From assembly GCA_043228905.1 (NCBI GenBank), contig JBHGNT010000014.1:15624001-15688000 (forward strand): a stretch of DNA of 64,000 nucleotides. Direction: 5' to 3'. The notes under the pieces were generated by a model that saw only the letters and a program-made list of their open reading frames with translations, was not told the origin of the DNA and ran no database searches. This stretch comes from Azolla caroliniana. Taxonomy: Eukaryota; Plantae; Polypodiophyta. A program made the position numbers and the translations under genes. Position 1 is the stretch's first letter. Every line of letters starts with the position of its first letter. This document shows, one piece after another, positions 46,092 to 59,684 of this stretch.

Positions 46092-48136
46092 TGTCGTGAA
46101 AATTCCTCACTATTTGTGGATCGTGAGGTGGAACGGTCGGGATTCTGGACCGGAAGGATTTGAAGTTTGTACTAGCTTTAGCGAGAAAGTATTTAAGGGA
46201 GATTGAGAGAGATTGATATGGAGAAAGAGAGAGATTGAGATAAAGATTAAACACTTAACTTTAGATTTGAGAGACAAGATACATCAACAATAAGATAACA
46301 AGTTTCTTATTTTTCCCAAATTTTTCATTAGTTTCTTCTTGCTTGATTCCTCCACTCTTTTATAGATGCCCCCGTGCATATGGTACATGTGAGGGTGCAA
46401 GACATGCATGTAATGCATGAAATGCATGCAATGCATGTTTGCCATGTCATCATCTAAGCTCTCATGTATGAGAATTTACATGTAAAATTATCAAAGTAAA
46501 GTTTTTGAAGATATGACTTGGCTTAGTGGTAAGCCTTTTGACTTTAAACTTGGAGGTGTAAGGTTCAAATTCTTACTTGCACCCCTTTGTATACAAAATT
46601 TTCTTTTTACTAGGCTTTTTAGTCTTGTTTTTACAAATGTTTAAGTGTATATTACACCTTCACTTGACCTCCAAAGAACTAGACGATTTTGTTCGTTTCA
46701 CACCGGAAAACTTCAAGGCATCATGCGTCGCGATAAATCTACCCGTCCGGTCCATCCGATCCGCATCCATCCGGTCCAATCCAATCTGGTTCCGGTTCCG
46801 TCGGGTGCCGTCCGCCGATTTCGTCGCCGTCCAGTCACTGGTGCCGCCAGTTTCATCGTCGTCCGGTTCCGTCTAGATTCGTCCAAAACCAATGAACTTG
46901 GCTACATCCATTCGTCAAGTCATACAACTTAACCTTTCTATGCTCCAAACACATAGATATATTATGAAGAGATGTTGGTCTGCCTATATACTCTAGGATC
47001 CTTATTTGTCCTGTCTATGTGGCATATCTCACAGTTTTGTTTTTCTCTTCTTCTTCGCAATCTTCATACCCACATAACTTGACACTTAGTTCTCCATTTC
47101 TAATGTAGTAAAGTGCATTTGAAAGCTCTTGAAGACCTCCATCTTTTCGTACCAAGATATTAAACTTATTTAAAATAGTATCTTCACTATTATTGTTTCA
47201 TATCTTGTGAGAAGAACCACGCTTGATTTTGTGTGTTCCTCACAATTTTCACACTATCGCCGAAAATCTTCACGACATCCACCCCCACCAAATTGCACGC
47301 CCTCCAGAACGTGCCAAGAGGAGAGAGTGTGACATTTTGGCTTCGGTGATCAATCAGATTCCTCCACGTCTTCGTTCACATAACTCAAGTTTGTAGGTTC
47401 CGTCCTAGGTACTATCTTCGTCGTCGAGGTGATCGAGGTTAGGATCCTCGTCTTGTCTATTCTTGAAAATCTTTACTCTTTTTCCCGCAATGGGTACGAC
47501 CAACCTTGATCCGTCTAGCTCCGCAAGGTGGTATGTGGCATTGTCGTTGGAACTTGTCACCACATACGGTCTGAACCATCTTCTTGCGAACTTCCTTGTT
47601 GTCTTGTGTTGATTGACAAGGCCGTTGTCGTAGACCTATACCCAATCTCCTTCTTCGATTTTCTTGGGAGGCAGTCGATGTGACTTATCGAACCGAATCT
47701 TGTTCTTCACTCAGGCTGCCTCCATAATCTTTCGCGCATTTTCTAAATCTTCAAGCCTTCTTTCAAGCTACCTTATCCGTGCCGCTAATAATTCTTCTCG
47801 GCTCATCTCGTTCTCCCATGGTATCGCTACCCATGAGGCGATCGTGCTTTCAATGGGCATTACCGGCTTCTATTCATACATAAGCTCTATTGGCATATAC
47901 CCTATCACTGAACTGTGTGTAGTTCTGTCGGCCCACAAGGCATAGGGCAATAGATGTGGCCAGTTCCCGACTGGACCGTTGCATGCTCGTACGATGGCCT
48001 TGACGATTGGTCAATGCTCTTGCTTGATCTTCCCATTTGCTTATGGATTATAGGGAATTGTGAGGGAGAGCTTCACGCTTTGTCGATCGAAGAGCTCCGT
48101 TGCTTCGTGGGCATCCAACTCCCCTCGATCAGCCAC

Positions 48137-51100
48137 TGTTAGAGACATGAACTAATGTAAGCATAAAATAAGGATAAAAGATAGATCTAGATAGAAAGGA
48201 GAGAGAGAAAGAAGGGTGTCGATCGACCCGACCACCCCCGAGCGAAGGGATCGAGACGGACTCGAGCCTCGATCGGCGTCCCATACCACCGTCGTGGCGT
48301 CGTGGCGTCGAGTCGTACCTAGTGCTGGCGCGCTTGCTACAAGAGTTGACCTACCACAAGACAGAGTCTCGACGTAGTCAACAAGATGATGAAATGAGGG
48401 TAGCTAGGCCTCTTATTTATAGCGATACCCAAAGCCCCCAGGCAAGTTCACACTTGGCCTAATGGGTTGTCTCAATCCTAAGGATTAAAAGTAATCCTCC
48501 CCTTCTTTACACTCTCGTTTAACCCTCACACTTATCCACATGTATAGCATACTACAGTAAATTCTCACCACGAGATATTATATGGTCATGCCCGTAACAT
48601 ACTCCCCCCCTCTTTAAAACATTGCACTCTTGCAATGGAAAGTTAGGGAAGTTAGTTCTGAGAGAATTTTCGTGTTCCCATGTGGCATCTTTTATTGATT
48701 TCTCCATCCAATTTATTTTAAATTCTCGGATTTCTTTAGTACGTAATTTTTTTGTTTTAACATCGAGAATTCTTTTTGGTACATGTGGTTTAGAAGATAA
48801 TTCTTCAAAAGTAACCAAAGTTTCAATTGTAACTGTATTGTCGCTAGAACTTAGAAGTTCCTTTAGACGACTCACATGAAAAACTAGATGAATTTCAACA
48901 CCATCGGGAAGAGCGAGACGATAGGCTGATGACCCAATGCGTTTGAGGACTGTAAAAGGTCCACAAAACCGTGGGGCTAACTTAGCGCACTTACCCTTAG
49001 ACAGTGTCTTAGAATTGTGAGGTACACGTAAAAATGCCTTATGTCCAGGGTTGAATACACAAGGTTGCCTATGATGATCGGCATAAAAACACGCTCTATC
49101 TTGAGTTGTTTTTATATTATCTCGTGCAATATGCAACATATCTTGCATATCCCGAAGAAAGTTTTGAGTACTTCGCAACTCATCATGATGTATATTAACA
49201 TCAATCGGGGCTCGTGGCTAAAAACCATACATCAACATAAAAGGACTATATCCCGTCAACGTATGCTTGGAGCTATTATAAGCAAACTCCAAAATTGGGA
49301 GATAACGTTCCCATTTTGTTGGTTTTGTACCAACATATGCTCGAAGCATATCCTCAATAATTTGATTTACTCGTTTTGTTTGTCCATTGGATTGAGGATG
49401 ATCTGTGGAGCTCAGGCTCAATGCAATTTCTAGTTTCTTAAAGACTTGCGTCCAGAAGTCACTAGTAAACTTTGGATCTCGATCACTCACGATATCCATC
49501 GGTAACCCATAAAAACGAAATAACTCGTCAACGAATTGGTAAGCAAATTCAGGAGCTATTACCGTGGTTTTAGTAGCAATAAATCTGGCCATTTTAGTTA
49601 GTCTATCAACCACAACCCAGATGGCATCATGGCCTTTTTGGGTGTGAGGAAGGCTAACAATAAAATCCATGGATATACTTTCCCACTTATTATTGGGAAT
49701 TTCTAAGGGATGTAAAAGTATTGCGGCTTTAAGTCGCTCGGCTTTGTTAACCTGACATTGGTGACATTTAGTCACATAACTATGTATGTCAGGGCGCATC
49801 TTAGGCCAATAAAATTGAGTGGAGATGAGAACGAGTGTACGATGTATTCTAGGGTGCCCTGCTGAGGGTGCATCATGGCATTAAAAAAGAATTCTCTTTT
49901 TGACCTCAGGCAAATCTGGAACACAAACCTTCCCATTACGGTAGAGCAGACCATTAGCAATGTGGAAGTATTCCTTCGAGGATGTGGTGGTGTCTGTACC
50001 AGACTCAACTCTTGCCTACTATTTTGCAAAATAACTTTCATCAGGATAATTTCCTCGAAGGTGATCATAAAGATCTGATGTTATTTTAGTGAAGCTAAGC
50101 ATGTTAACTTTACGGATGCGACTTAGTGCATCAGCGACAGTGTTCACGGAACCTTTACGATATCATATGGAAAAATCAAAGTCCTGGATGAGATCAGCCC
50201 ATCGTGCCTTATGACCTTTCAGGTCTTGATGGTCACAAAAATATTTCAAGGACTCGTGGTTCGTAGTTACCACAAAGTGATTTCCATAAAGATAATGGCG
50301 TCATGTTTTGAGCGCATGTATAACTACAAATAATTCCTTTTCTTGAACGGTATACCGACATTGAGCAGAATCAAGTTTCTTACTCTCGAATGCTATTGGT
50401 TTACCATCTTGATATAAGACAACGCCTATAGCATAATCGCTTGCATCGGTTTCAACCTCAAAAGGTTTTGAAGGATCGAGTAAAAGAAGTGAAGGAGCCT
50501 TGCACACCAGGTCCTTGAGTTCCTTAAAGGCGAGGTCTAGTGTAGCATTCCAGACAATAGGTTTTGTAGACTTACATGTTTAACCTTTTAGAAGATCAAT
50601 AAACGACGTCGTCAATTGGGAGTAATTACGAAGGGATTTTCGCAAAAACCCGACAAAACCAAGGAATGATCAAACTTCTCGAATATTCCGAAGACTGGGC
50701 CAAAGCTTGATTTTCTTGATGCGAGAAGGATCAATTTCAACTCCTCATTCAGTTATGAGATGTCCAAGATAAGTAATTGATTTCTTGAAGAACTCATATT
50801 TTGAGATCTTCGCATAAAACTATTTGTCACGCAATGTTTGTAAAACAAAGGGGACATGTTTAGCATGTTCTTGTAATGTACGGCTATAAACTAAAATATC
50901 ATCCAAGAAAATAACGACAAATTTTCCAAGTTGTTCTCAGAAAATGTCATTCATTTCTTGTTGAAATGTAGCCGGAGCATTAGTCAAACCAAAAACTCAT
51001 AATGGCCATAGCGCGTACGAAATGCCATTTTAGGAACATCGTCCTCACTTATACGTATTTGATGGTAGCCAGCACGGAGATCAAGTTTCGTAAAATACCG

Positions 51101-54100
51101 AGCTCCTGGAGACAGTCAATTAGATCGTCAGCCCGGGGCAATGGATACGAATTCTTGATCGTCACTTTATTCAAGCATCGGTAATTAATACACATAACGC
51201 CATGTGCCCTCTATGGAGATTTACTATAACATATATAACCCTTTCGTAAATAGTCCTTGAGTTACTTAGATACCTCATCCTCTTCGGATCGACTTAAGCG
51301 ATAAGGAGGTATACTTATTGGTGCAACGCCAGGTACAATATTTATACGATGGTCTATATTACGTTTAGGAGGTAACCCATCTAGTAGTTCACTCGGAAAA
51401 ACATCATGAAAATCACTTAAGATTTCATCAAGTTGTTGTTCAAAATATGTTAATTGAACCGAGACATTATTGATATTGTAAACGTGAATGTTTGGATCAA
51501 GTATACAATAAAATAGAGTACAACAAGACAACTCGGATATTGATGGAGAGGAAACAATCGAGAGGGATTGTTTTTTTACACATTGAATAAAATGAGTACA
51601 ATCGTTCAGTACAAATGTTATTGAATGATGAACCCAATCAATAGATAAAGAAGAGTTCTTATTATAAAACTAGGGATAACCCAATATTACATCAGTGGTA
51701 CAAAGATTCATTACATGGAAGTCTACTTCCTCTATATAAGTATCAATAGAAATGCCTAATGAATGAATCGCCCCGTTGATGTATTGTACTCTTCCATCAG
51801 CCAAGTGCACCGTATAGGTGTGATCACTTACGGTGGGTTGGATTCCCCATATCTGAACCAAACGATCATTCATCTTTTGTATGACCCTTCTTTTTGCAGA
51901 ATACGCAAAAAGGATGTTATCGTTTACAATCATGATCCATGAATTCGTTGGGTGTCTTGTGTTTCCCAGCGAATTGCGACTGCTTAGTCCTGGGCGCTTC
52001 GTTGGGTTTGTTGTGGTCCTTCTTCGAAGTACGTGATAGTGAAGAACTATTTCAACGGCCTCTTCGAAGGATTTTGGATCCTTATCGTGCACTATCCAGT
52101 GATAGTCCGAATTGGGGATGCCATTGACAAAACAAGCTATTAACCAATTGTCCCCTTCTAGACCCGATTTTTGGATTTGGGTTCTAGCATGGTGACATAG
52201 TCTTCTATCGAGGAAACCTTCCTGCTAAAGAGGTTCATTAAAGCTTGAGCTGCCTCGGTTCGAGAGGGAGGTTGGAGAAATTGGCCCTTAAAAGCTGTGA
52301 CAAAATCTGTCCAGGAATCGGGCAATTTCCCCAAAGTTCGGAGCCCACGCCACCAGGCGGCGGTCTTACCCCCTAGTTCTCGACCGACATATGCAATCTT
52401 CGTACTATCTAATGTGGGATAGAGCTCAAAATGAGACTCCCATCGGCCCAGCCACGTGCAGATTGCTTCTTCGGTTCTTTCCTTTTTTTCTCCCGTAAAT
52501 GGCTTAATGACAAACGATGGCTCACCCTATCGCTCATCACGTCTATTAGTCTCATGTTGTAAACTAATGACATGTGCCTCGAGAGCACTTTGAGATTGTC
52601 GAAGTTTGGTCATCTATTGAGCGGTGAAACTAAGGTATTGGGTTATTTGCGAAAAATACATCTCAATGGACATTTGTCCAGGAGGATTTCCTTGAGTTCC
52701 TTCCGCTTGAGCGAATGACATCGGGTCGTTATTTTGAGCCATTGAATGATTATTTCTAGCAAAGAAATAGGATAAGGTCAGACAAATAGTCATAATATCA
52801 TGTCGTGATGTAAACATATCATGGACAAACATTAATCAATATCATGATCTCACGTCAATACCCCTCTAGACGTATGAGGTGAGGTTCAAGATCATGTTAC
52901 TATGGTAACACAAAGGTGTTTTAAAAACCATGGGGGTGACAAATTAATGTCTTTCCCTTATCTCTATATCGATTTTTTCATGCGGCTCCCCGAGGCTCAA
53001 CCATGTATGTTCGCATCATGAGTAGTTTATACACGAAAAAATTGTTAACAATAAACTATGTTTTTGTGCCCACATATGTGGTTTCGGCTCTTTAAGTCCT
53101 ATTACGAGGACCCCGAAGTGCACTTAGACCTCAAGTCTAAACATGTGTTATAGTCATATGTAACAACGATGTTGTATGGTCTTGGTCATATTTAAACTCG
53201 AGACCTCGAAAACAAATGCATTAAACACTTGAGCCAACCAAGTAGGTTGCTCTTCTTGAATGTTTAATGTTTCATGCGTATAAGAGATATGCAAAGCATT
53301 TGCCCATATATGTCTTTTTAAACGAAACATATATGTCAAGAGTCCTTATTTCCCCCTTGTTTACCACAAACTTTGTTGACCTACGTTACCTAACCTCAAG
53401 TCTCGTAATTATGATGGCATACACCAATGCAACCTAATGGTCAAGCCAAATGAGCCCTCTTTTCGTAGTAAGCCCACGTGGCCCATCACATGGTTCATCA
53501 TTACGAATGCCTCTCGTAAGAATGATCTCATGGTGACATCGTATCCATGTAACGAGGGAGGGATGTTGGATATGTGTGTCATAGGAGCGACCTCACATGA
53601 AGTGGGTCAAGCCCTACGTTCACAACATCATTATGGCTACAGGCATTTCTTTACGTAATAAAATCGAAGTCACCAACGAGAATGTCAACAATAAAAAATT
53701 GTTGAAAAAAGGGATGGTGACAACACCATTCTCACAAAAATGTGAGGACGGCCACCAAGATCCTTTCCCCGAAAAGGAAAACATTCGATATTAAAATCAC
53801 GTAATAACTTATATACACATATGTATATTATCACATATATACGATCAAGTATGTATACATGTGACCACATATGCGTATATCAAACAAATCGTTACGTCAA
53901 ATAGCCATAAATGATATAATCGAGATACGTAATCGAGGCATATACCTCTACACAAACGAAACATCCAAAAATAAGGGTTCATCGTAATACGCAATTGAGG
54001 TATTGACCTCTTACGCATACAAGACCAAACGCATATCATTTACAATGAAATCCAGGTATTGACCTCATACGCATACGTAACATATGTATGTGAGCGTAAT

Positions 54101-54895
54101 ACGCAATTGAGGTATTAACCTCGTGTGCATACAACACTAATCACATATTCAATATATGTCAAATGAGGTATTGACCTCATACACATATGTAAACGTTTTA
54201 TACAACCCATTAATTACCACTACAACATCATTAAATTAATGAAAACAATTACATATAGACTATACACTTGATTCGATGGGAGAAGAAAAAATAGAAAATA
54301 AAATAAAATAAGGAAAGAGTAATCGAAGTTCTTTGTTGATAGTTGTCTAGATCAAGGCCGACCGCACATCGATCGATCACCATCAATCAACAACACAAAA
54401 GACAACAAAAGAAACATTAGAACATAGGCTTTGATACCAACTATAGAGACATGAACTAATGTAAGCATAAAATAAGGATAAAAGATAGATCTAGATAGAA
54501 AGGAGAGAGAGAAAGAAAGGTGTCGATCTACTCGACCACCCCCAAGCGAAGGGATCGAGATGGACTCGATCCTCGATCAGCGTCCCATACCACCGTCGTG
54601 GCGTCGAGTCGTACCTGGTGCTGGCGCGCTCGCTACAAGAGTTGACCCACCACAAGATAGAGTCTCGACATAGTCAACAAGATGATGAAATGAGGGTAGC
54701 TAGGCCTCTTATTTATAGCAATACCCAAGGCCCCCAGGCAAGTTCACACTTGGCCTAATGGGTTGTATCAATCCCAAATATTAAAAGTAATCCTTCCCTT
54801 CTTTACACTCTCGTTTAACCCTCACACTTATCCACGTGTATAGCATACTATGGTAAATTCTCACCATGGGATATTATATGGTCATGCTCGTAACA
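48137..54895 (-). mobile_element. Decayed chromoviral Ty3/gypsy element with iMet PBS
   Basis: LTRs ~54441-54895 and 48137-48599; PBS TGGTATCAAAGC ~54428-54439; PPT GAGGGGGGGAG; perfect TSD GCCAC (48132-48136 and 54896-54900); gag from ~52743, RT, RH (ETDASDYAIG), integrase and a C-terminal chromodomain (ILDVKT...FKINW...DATWEHE). Confidence 0.95.
53925..54185. repeat. Five degenerate ~57-60-bp repeats, each with a GAGGT-ATTG-ACCTC hairpin, in the chromovirus 5' leader
   Basis: Motif at ~53935, 53997, 54054, 54109 and 54165. Confidence 0.75.
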
Positions 54896-57800
54896 GCCAC
54901 TATCTTTCCCAACATCTGTATCGGCAGACAACCTCTTCGAGTAGAAATTTGCAAACAGCTGATGCCATCTTATTTGCCAAGGCTCGTCCTTCCACTTGAT
55001 TTGTCAGGTCTTCTCTTGCCAGAACTAAGTACTTCATTTGTCCCACTCCCATCGGCATCAAGACCAGATCCACCATCCATTTGAAGTGTATGGTGAGCAA
55101 GTATGTCAACCGCAACTCATCACGATGACATATGTTCGAATGTACTTGGCAAGTTTCGTATGTGGACACGAAATGGAGTACATCTTTGTACATGCTTGGC
55201 CACCAGTACTTCTCCTTCAACTTTTCGAACATCCCCCATGTTCCTCTATGACCTGGCCAAGGACTCTCGTGGAATTCAATCATCATCGTCACTTGCTCTT
55301 CTTTCTTCACCACCACCCGATGTAGCATTGTTGTCCTTCTTTTTGGGTGTCTCCAGAGGAATCCTCCCTTCAAGAAGTATTGGTAAGCTTTCTTCCGGAT
55401 TCGTAGAACCTCCTCCTTCGTCAACGAAGCATCCGTCTCATTGTTCTTAAGAATCTGCCGATCAGTAACCACTCTCCTTCGTACTCGTCCTCGTTGAAGG
55501 CATGGAGGGTTAGCGTGTCCTTCTCTTTCGCCGAAAGTCGGGCCATCTTGAAGAAGTCAAGGGTGACATCTTCATCTTCCGAAACCATGTCACTTTCATT
55601 CTCAAATCTTGCCCTCAACAGCATGTCATCCATGGCATTCTTCTTCCCTGCAATATGGCGGATCTCTGGGTTTAAAGATTTGATATAGGCGATCCACCTT
55701 GGCATAGCTAGATTTGGTGTTGCACATCCTGAGATCATCCCGAGGATTGGGAGACAATCTGTCTCAATTATCACTTCCGACCCGATCACATAGTCTTTGT
55801 CCATCTTCATTGCAGACACAATACCCCAAAGTTCCCGCTTGACTTGGCCGTATCTTTGTTGTCGTTCGCTAAGAACCTTTGCTCCGAACCTGATGCCATA
55901 CCGCGCATTATCTTCTCCTTCTTGGTTGATGACCCACCCGATTCCGGTTGGGCTCGTATCTACAGTCACATAAATCGGCTTTCCTTTGGTATAGTCGGCC
56001 TTCCTTAGTGTCGGAGCTTCAAGAAGTAGTTTCTTCAATCTTCGCATCGCGTTTGTATGTCTGTCTCACCATTCGAACTTATTCTTTTCCTTAGCGATCC
56101 ATATAATGGCTCGACAACATGAGCAAAGTGTGGAATCCAGATATGATAAAACGCGCATGCTCCAAGGAACCTTCGAACCTCCATTTGGTTTACACATTCT
56201 TCTTTCATGTCCTGGTTCGAATTCACCTTGGATGGTGAAGGCTTTTGGCCGTATGCTCCACACACAAGTGACCTATCACCAAGATCTCCGGTTGCCCGAA
56301 TGCGGATTTTTCTCCCGTCTTTGGAGCACCTTCTCGCAATCTTTCATATGATCTGCGACGAACTTTTTACACCCTTCCTTATTTTTCCGATTCATCCTTC
56401 TCCTCATCCGAACATCCTTTTATCGGAATATCATCCAAGAATGGCATCGTGATGTCCGGGATGCAATCCTTCAAGACCTTGTTCATGGCATTCACCATAT
56501 GAGCCACCGAGTTTGTTGCACCTTGAGGTAAGGTACACATCCGCACGAGCTCGATCGAAGTCCTCGTGGTTGTGATGTCATGACTGTCGATCACCAACTA
56601 GAATTGGTCGTATCCAGAGTAGAGATTGCCAATGGAGTAGATGGACCGGCCCGCAAATGCTTTGGCAAATTCATTCACGCTCGGACCGATTCCAGAATTC
56701 CGAATTGTCACCTTGTTGACAGGTTGAAGATCTTGGATGAATCGCAATGATCCATTCTTCTTTGGCACCGTGAACCACCTATTAGAGTAAGGAGCATTCG
56801 ACGGTTCCAGAATTCCCATATTCACCTTCTCCTTTAAGAGCTCCATCAACTTCGGTAGGTGTGCTCTCGGAACCGGTATCGGTTTCAAATTCCAAGGTAC
56901 GTGCGGCACCGTGAAGATCACCATCGGCTCTATCGTCCTTGGATCAGCACATCCGATTTCTTGTGGGAAAAATGCGAAAGCCTTCCCATGTTTCTCAAGC
57001 ATGTCGCGAAACATTCGCTCTTCTTCAGGGAGGAGGAAATCCTCCCTTCCAACTCATAACTTTCCCTTCATCTCTTTGGTGAAGATATGACCTATCGTCT
57101 TCGGATCTCTTAAGCTTGGATCGTTTGTGACTTCCTTCATCTTTTGCCAGCTATCTTCCGGTAGCGGAACCGCAACTGGCTTGATCTTCTTATCCACTGT
57201 CTTATATTTTGTGTTGACTTCAACTTCCTCCATCAAGATGCCACGATAGTATTCATCGGTGATAGCGTACATGTTGACAGAGTTAACCGAAATCACGTGT
57301 TGATCGTGAAGATAACTCAAGTCCACGACGTCCTCGATTTCGCCGATGGTGTCATTAAATGAGGCTTCTTCCATAATATGAGTCACAGACTCTTCTTCTT
57401 CTATTATGTTTTCTTCTTTCAGCATCTTCTCGAAATCTTGTATCCGACGCTTGTCCTTCTTGTCAGGTAGTACTAGTTTACATGCGCCACTAGGTGTGAC
57501 ACATGTTGCTTCTCCTCACAATCCACGCGCTCTTCTTTCTTGTGGGGACTTGTGATCGCTCGGACTATTTGTGCCCCATGCTTCAATAGTCCGCTCTAAA
57601 AATCCGAGGATTCGCCTCCAACACTATCTTGATTTCTTTCATGATTAGCTCGCACCGCTAGGAATTGAACAAATCTTTGGTTGTCAAGACTCTTTATTCG
57701 AGCAAATGCCGCACCATTGTCGAACACTTTGGTTTCCATCCGAGATGATGTGATATACGGTTGTCCTAGGATGACAAGATGCGACGCCGATTCTTGCACG

Positions 57801-58634
57801 AAGAAGTGTTGATCCATCTCCACATCCCCGATCGCGACTTTAACATTGGGACAAGCTCCGTACAAGTCCTCCGTAGTCTTTGTTGCCACGCGAATCTTCC
57901 ATCCGTGATTTGTATTGATTGGCCATCTTCCTTTTTTGTAGAAGTCGATTGACATGAGATTGATCTACAAGTCGTGGTCGATCAAGGCTACCACGGTCTC
58001 TTTCTTCTCCCCGATCTTCACTAGTGTCTCCGTTGTCACTCGTGCCCAATGAGGTCGAGTATAGTGGTTGTCCACCATTTCTTCATCGACTTCATCTCTT
58101 GCTATCATTATGGCATTGCTTTTGCTTTTAGTGGCTTCTCTTCTTCTTCGTCCGATTGTTGCCTTTTTCGCTTTACAAGGTCCACAATCGTGTCATGGAA
58201 CTCCTTCTTCGTAATGCCGAGTAATTCCCTCAAGGACAAGGTCACATGGTTGTCAAGAACGCGTTCCTCGAGAATCTTCTTTAGGTCTGTCGTCTGCTCT
58301 ATGTCCGACCTTAGCTTATAGGTAGGCATATTCCTTGTCTTTCGAGCGGGATCTTTGATACCAATCTTCACGGGCCGAACCGTTTCTTCAACTCGTTTTC
58401 TCGACTCCGCTTTTCGGCTAGCGTCTCCTTCCTCCATTTGTAAAGATCGACTCGTTTCTGCATGTTCTTTCTTTTTCGCATTCCTTGTTTCATGTCTTTT
58501 TGATGGGCCTTGCTCTTCTATTCTTTTTCTCTTTTCTTCAATGAACAGCTCGTGGTTGTCGCACATCACTTCCATGAGTATGGTGTTGTCATCCACCGGA
58601 TCTGACCACCCGGTTATGCTTTGCACGCTTCGAG

Positions 58635-59000
58635 TATGGTATCGGCATGGGTTGGGTTGTAGTAGGCCATACAATCGTCCATGTCGAACTTTAACTTGTT
58701 AACATGTCACAAAGGATTGTACATAATCTTTTACATCTCACTCCATATTGGGTTAAAAATTTGTCTCCAGATGTTGGTAAGTGTACAACGAATACCGCCA
58801 TGCCCCACCATCTTAAATCATGTTGTTCTTGGATTATCAATGCCTTAATTTTCCTTACATCATGTCCAAACAACTTATCATGTACCACTAATAAACCTTG
58901 TCGCATTCCAAGCAATTCATGGGCTGCACGTTGCATTTCGATACTCGAAATCAATTGTCGCGTATAGGGATCACTTGTTGGGTTTTTCAAATGCCTTGTT
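58635..59000 (-). pseudogene. Highly degraded Ty3/gypsy integrase zinc-binding remnant (separate older element)
   Basis: Across frames: LIIQEQHD...GHGGIRRT...PNMExDVKDYVQSFVTCxQVK...GLLQP. Confidence 0.55.
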
Positions 59001-59684
59001 GCAAAGAATCATCGGAAATAACCGAAATAGTGCAAGCATGAGGCATTCAACTTAAACCAACCTATACTTACCTGGCCTCAATTGGCCCTTCCCTGCCAAT
59101 GGAGGTTTCTTCTTACAGTTTTGGTAAACAACTAATTTTCTCAAGCACCATCTCATTATCTCAATAATCAATGTTTATATGTCTAATCATTAGTCCAATG
59201 ATAAATCCCACCTTAATTATGAAAAACACATCGGATGCCTTTCGCAAAATTCTTATTTGCAAATCAAATCGCAGAATCAATTGTGATTAGTTCTCAAAGT
59301 TGGATGTCCAACAAAGCTGGCCATTCAAATTAAAGCATGTGGGAAGGAAGGGAAACAAGGTATTTTGCAAAGTAATCTATTCTATCTACCCAAAGGCTCA
59401 AGAGTGTAGATAACAAGGTGTATAATACTGTCCATTAAACCCTCGAGAATTAAGGGCATGTACAAAGCATGGAGAACATGGTATCTTGACCTTGGTGCCA
59501 GCTACCCAAAACAAGGGATGACATTTTGCGTTTATATTGTACATAACAAACAAGGTGTAGTGTCAATGGTGTTGGCATTAAACCATCAAAACCAAAACAC
59601 ATCAATGGCGACAAGCTTTTCTTTGCTCATCACTAGCTAATGCAGAGCACACACTACACCGAAAAATTGGGTTTTGATTTTTTT

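Larger units (their letters stand above)
46092..58633 (-). mobile_element. Ty3/gypsy element G4 (same family as G2), 5'-truncated, hosting a chromovirus
   Basis: 3' LTR 46092-47277 (related to the G2 LTR); PPT 47278-47290; integrase 47430-48136 plus 54901-55450; RH/RT 55420-57060; frameshift site ~57600; PR 57596-58050; gag tail to ~58633; ACGT at 46088-46091. Confidence 0.9.
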
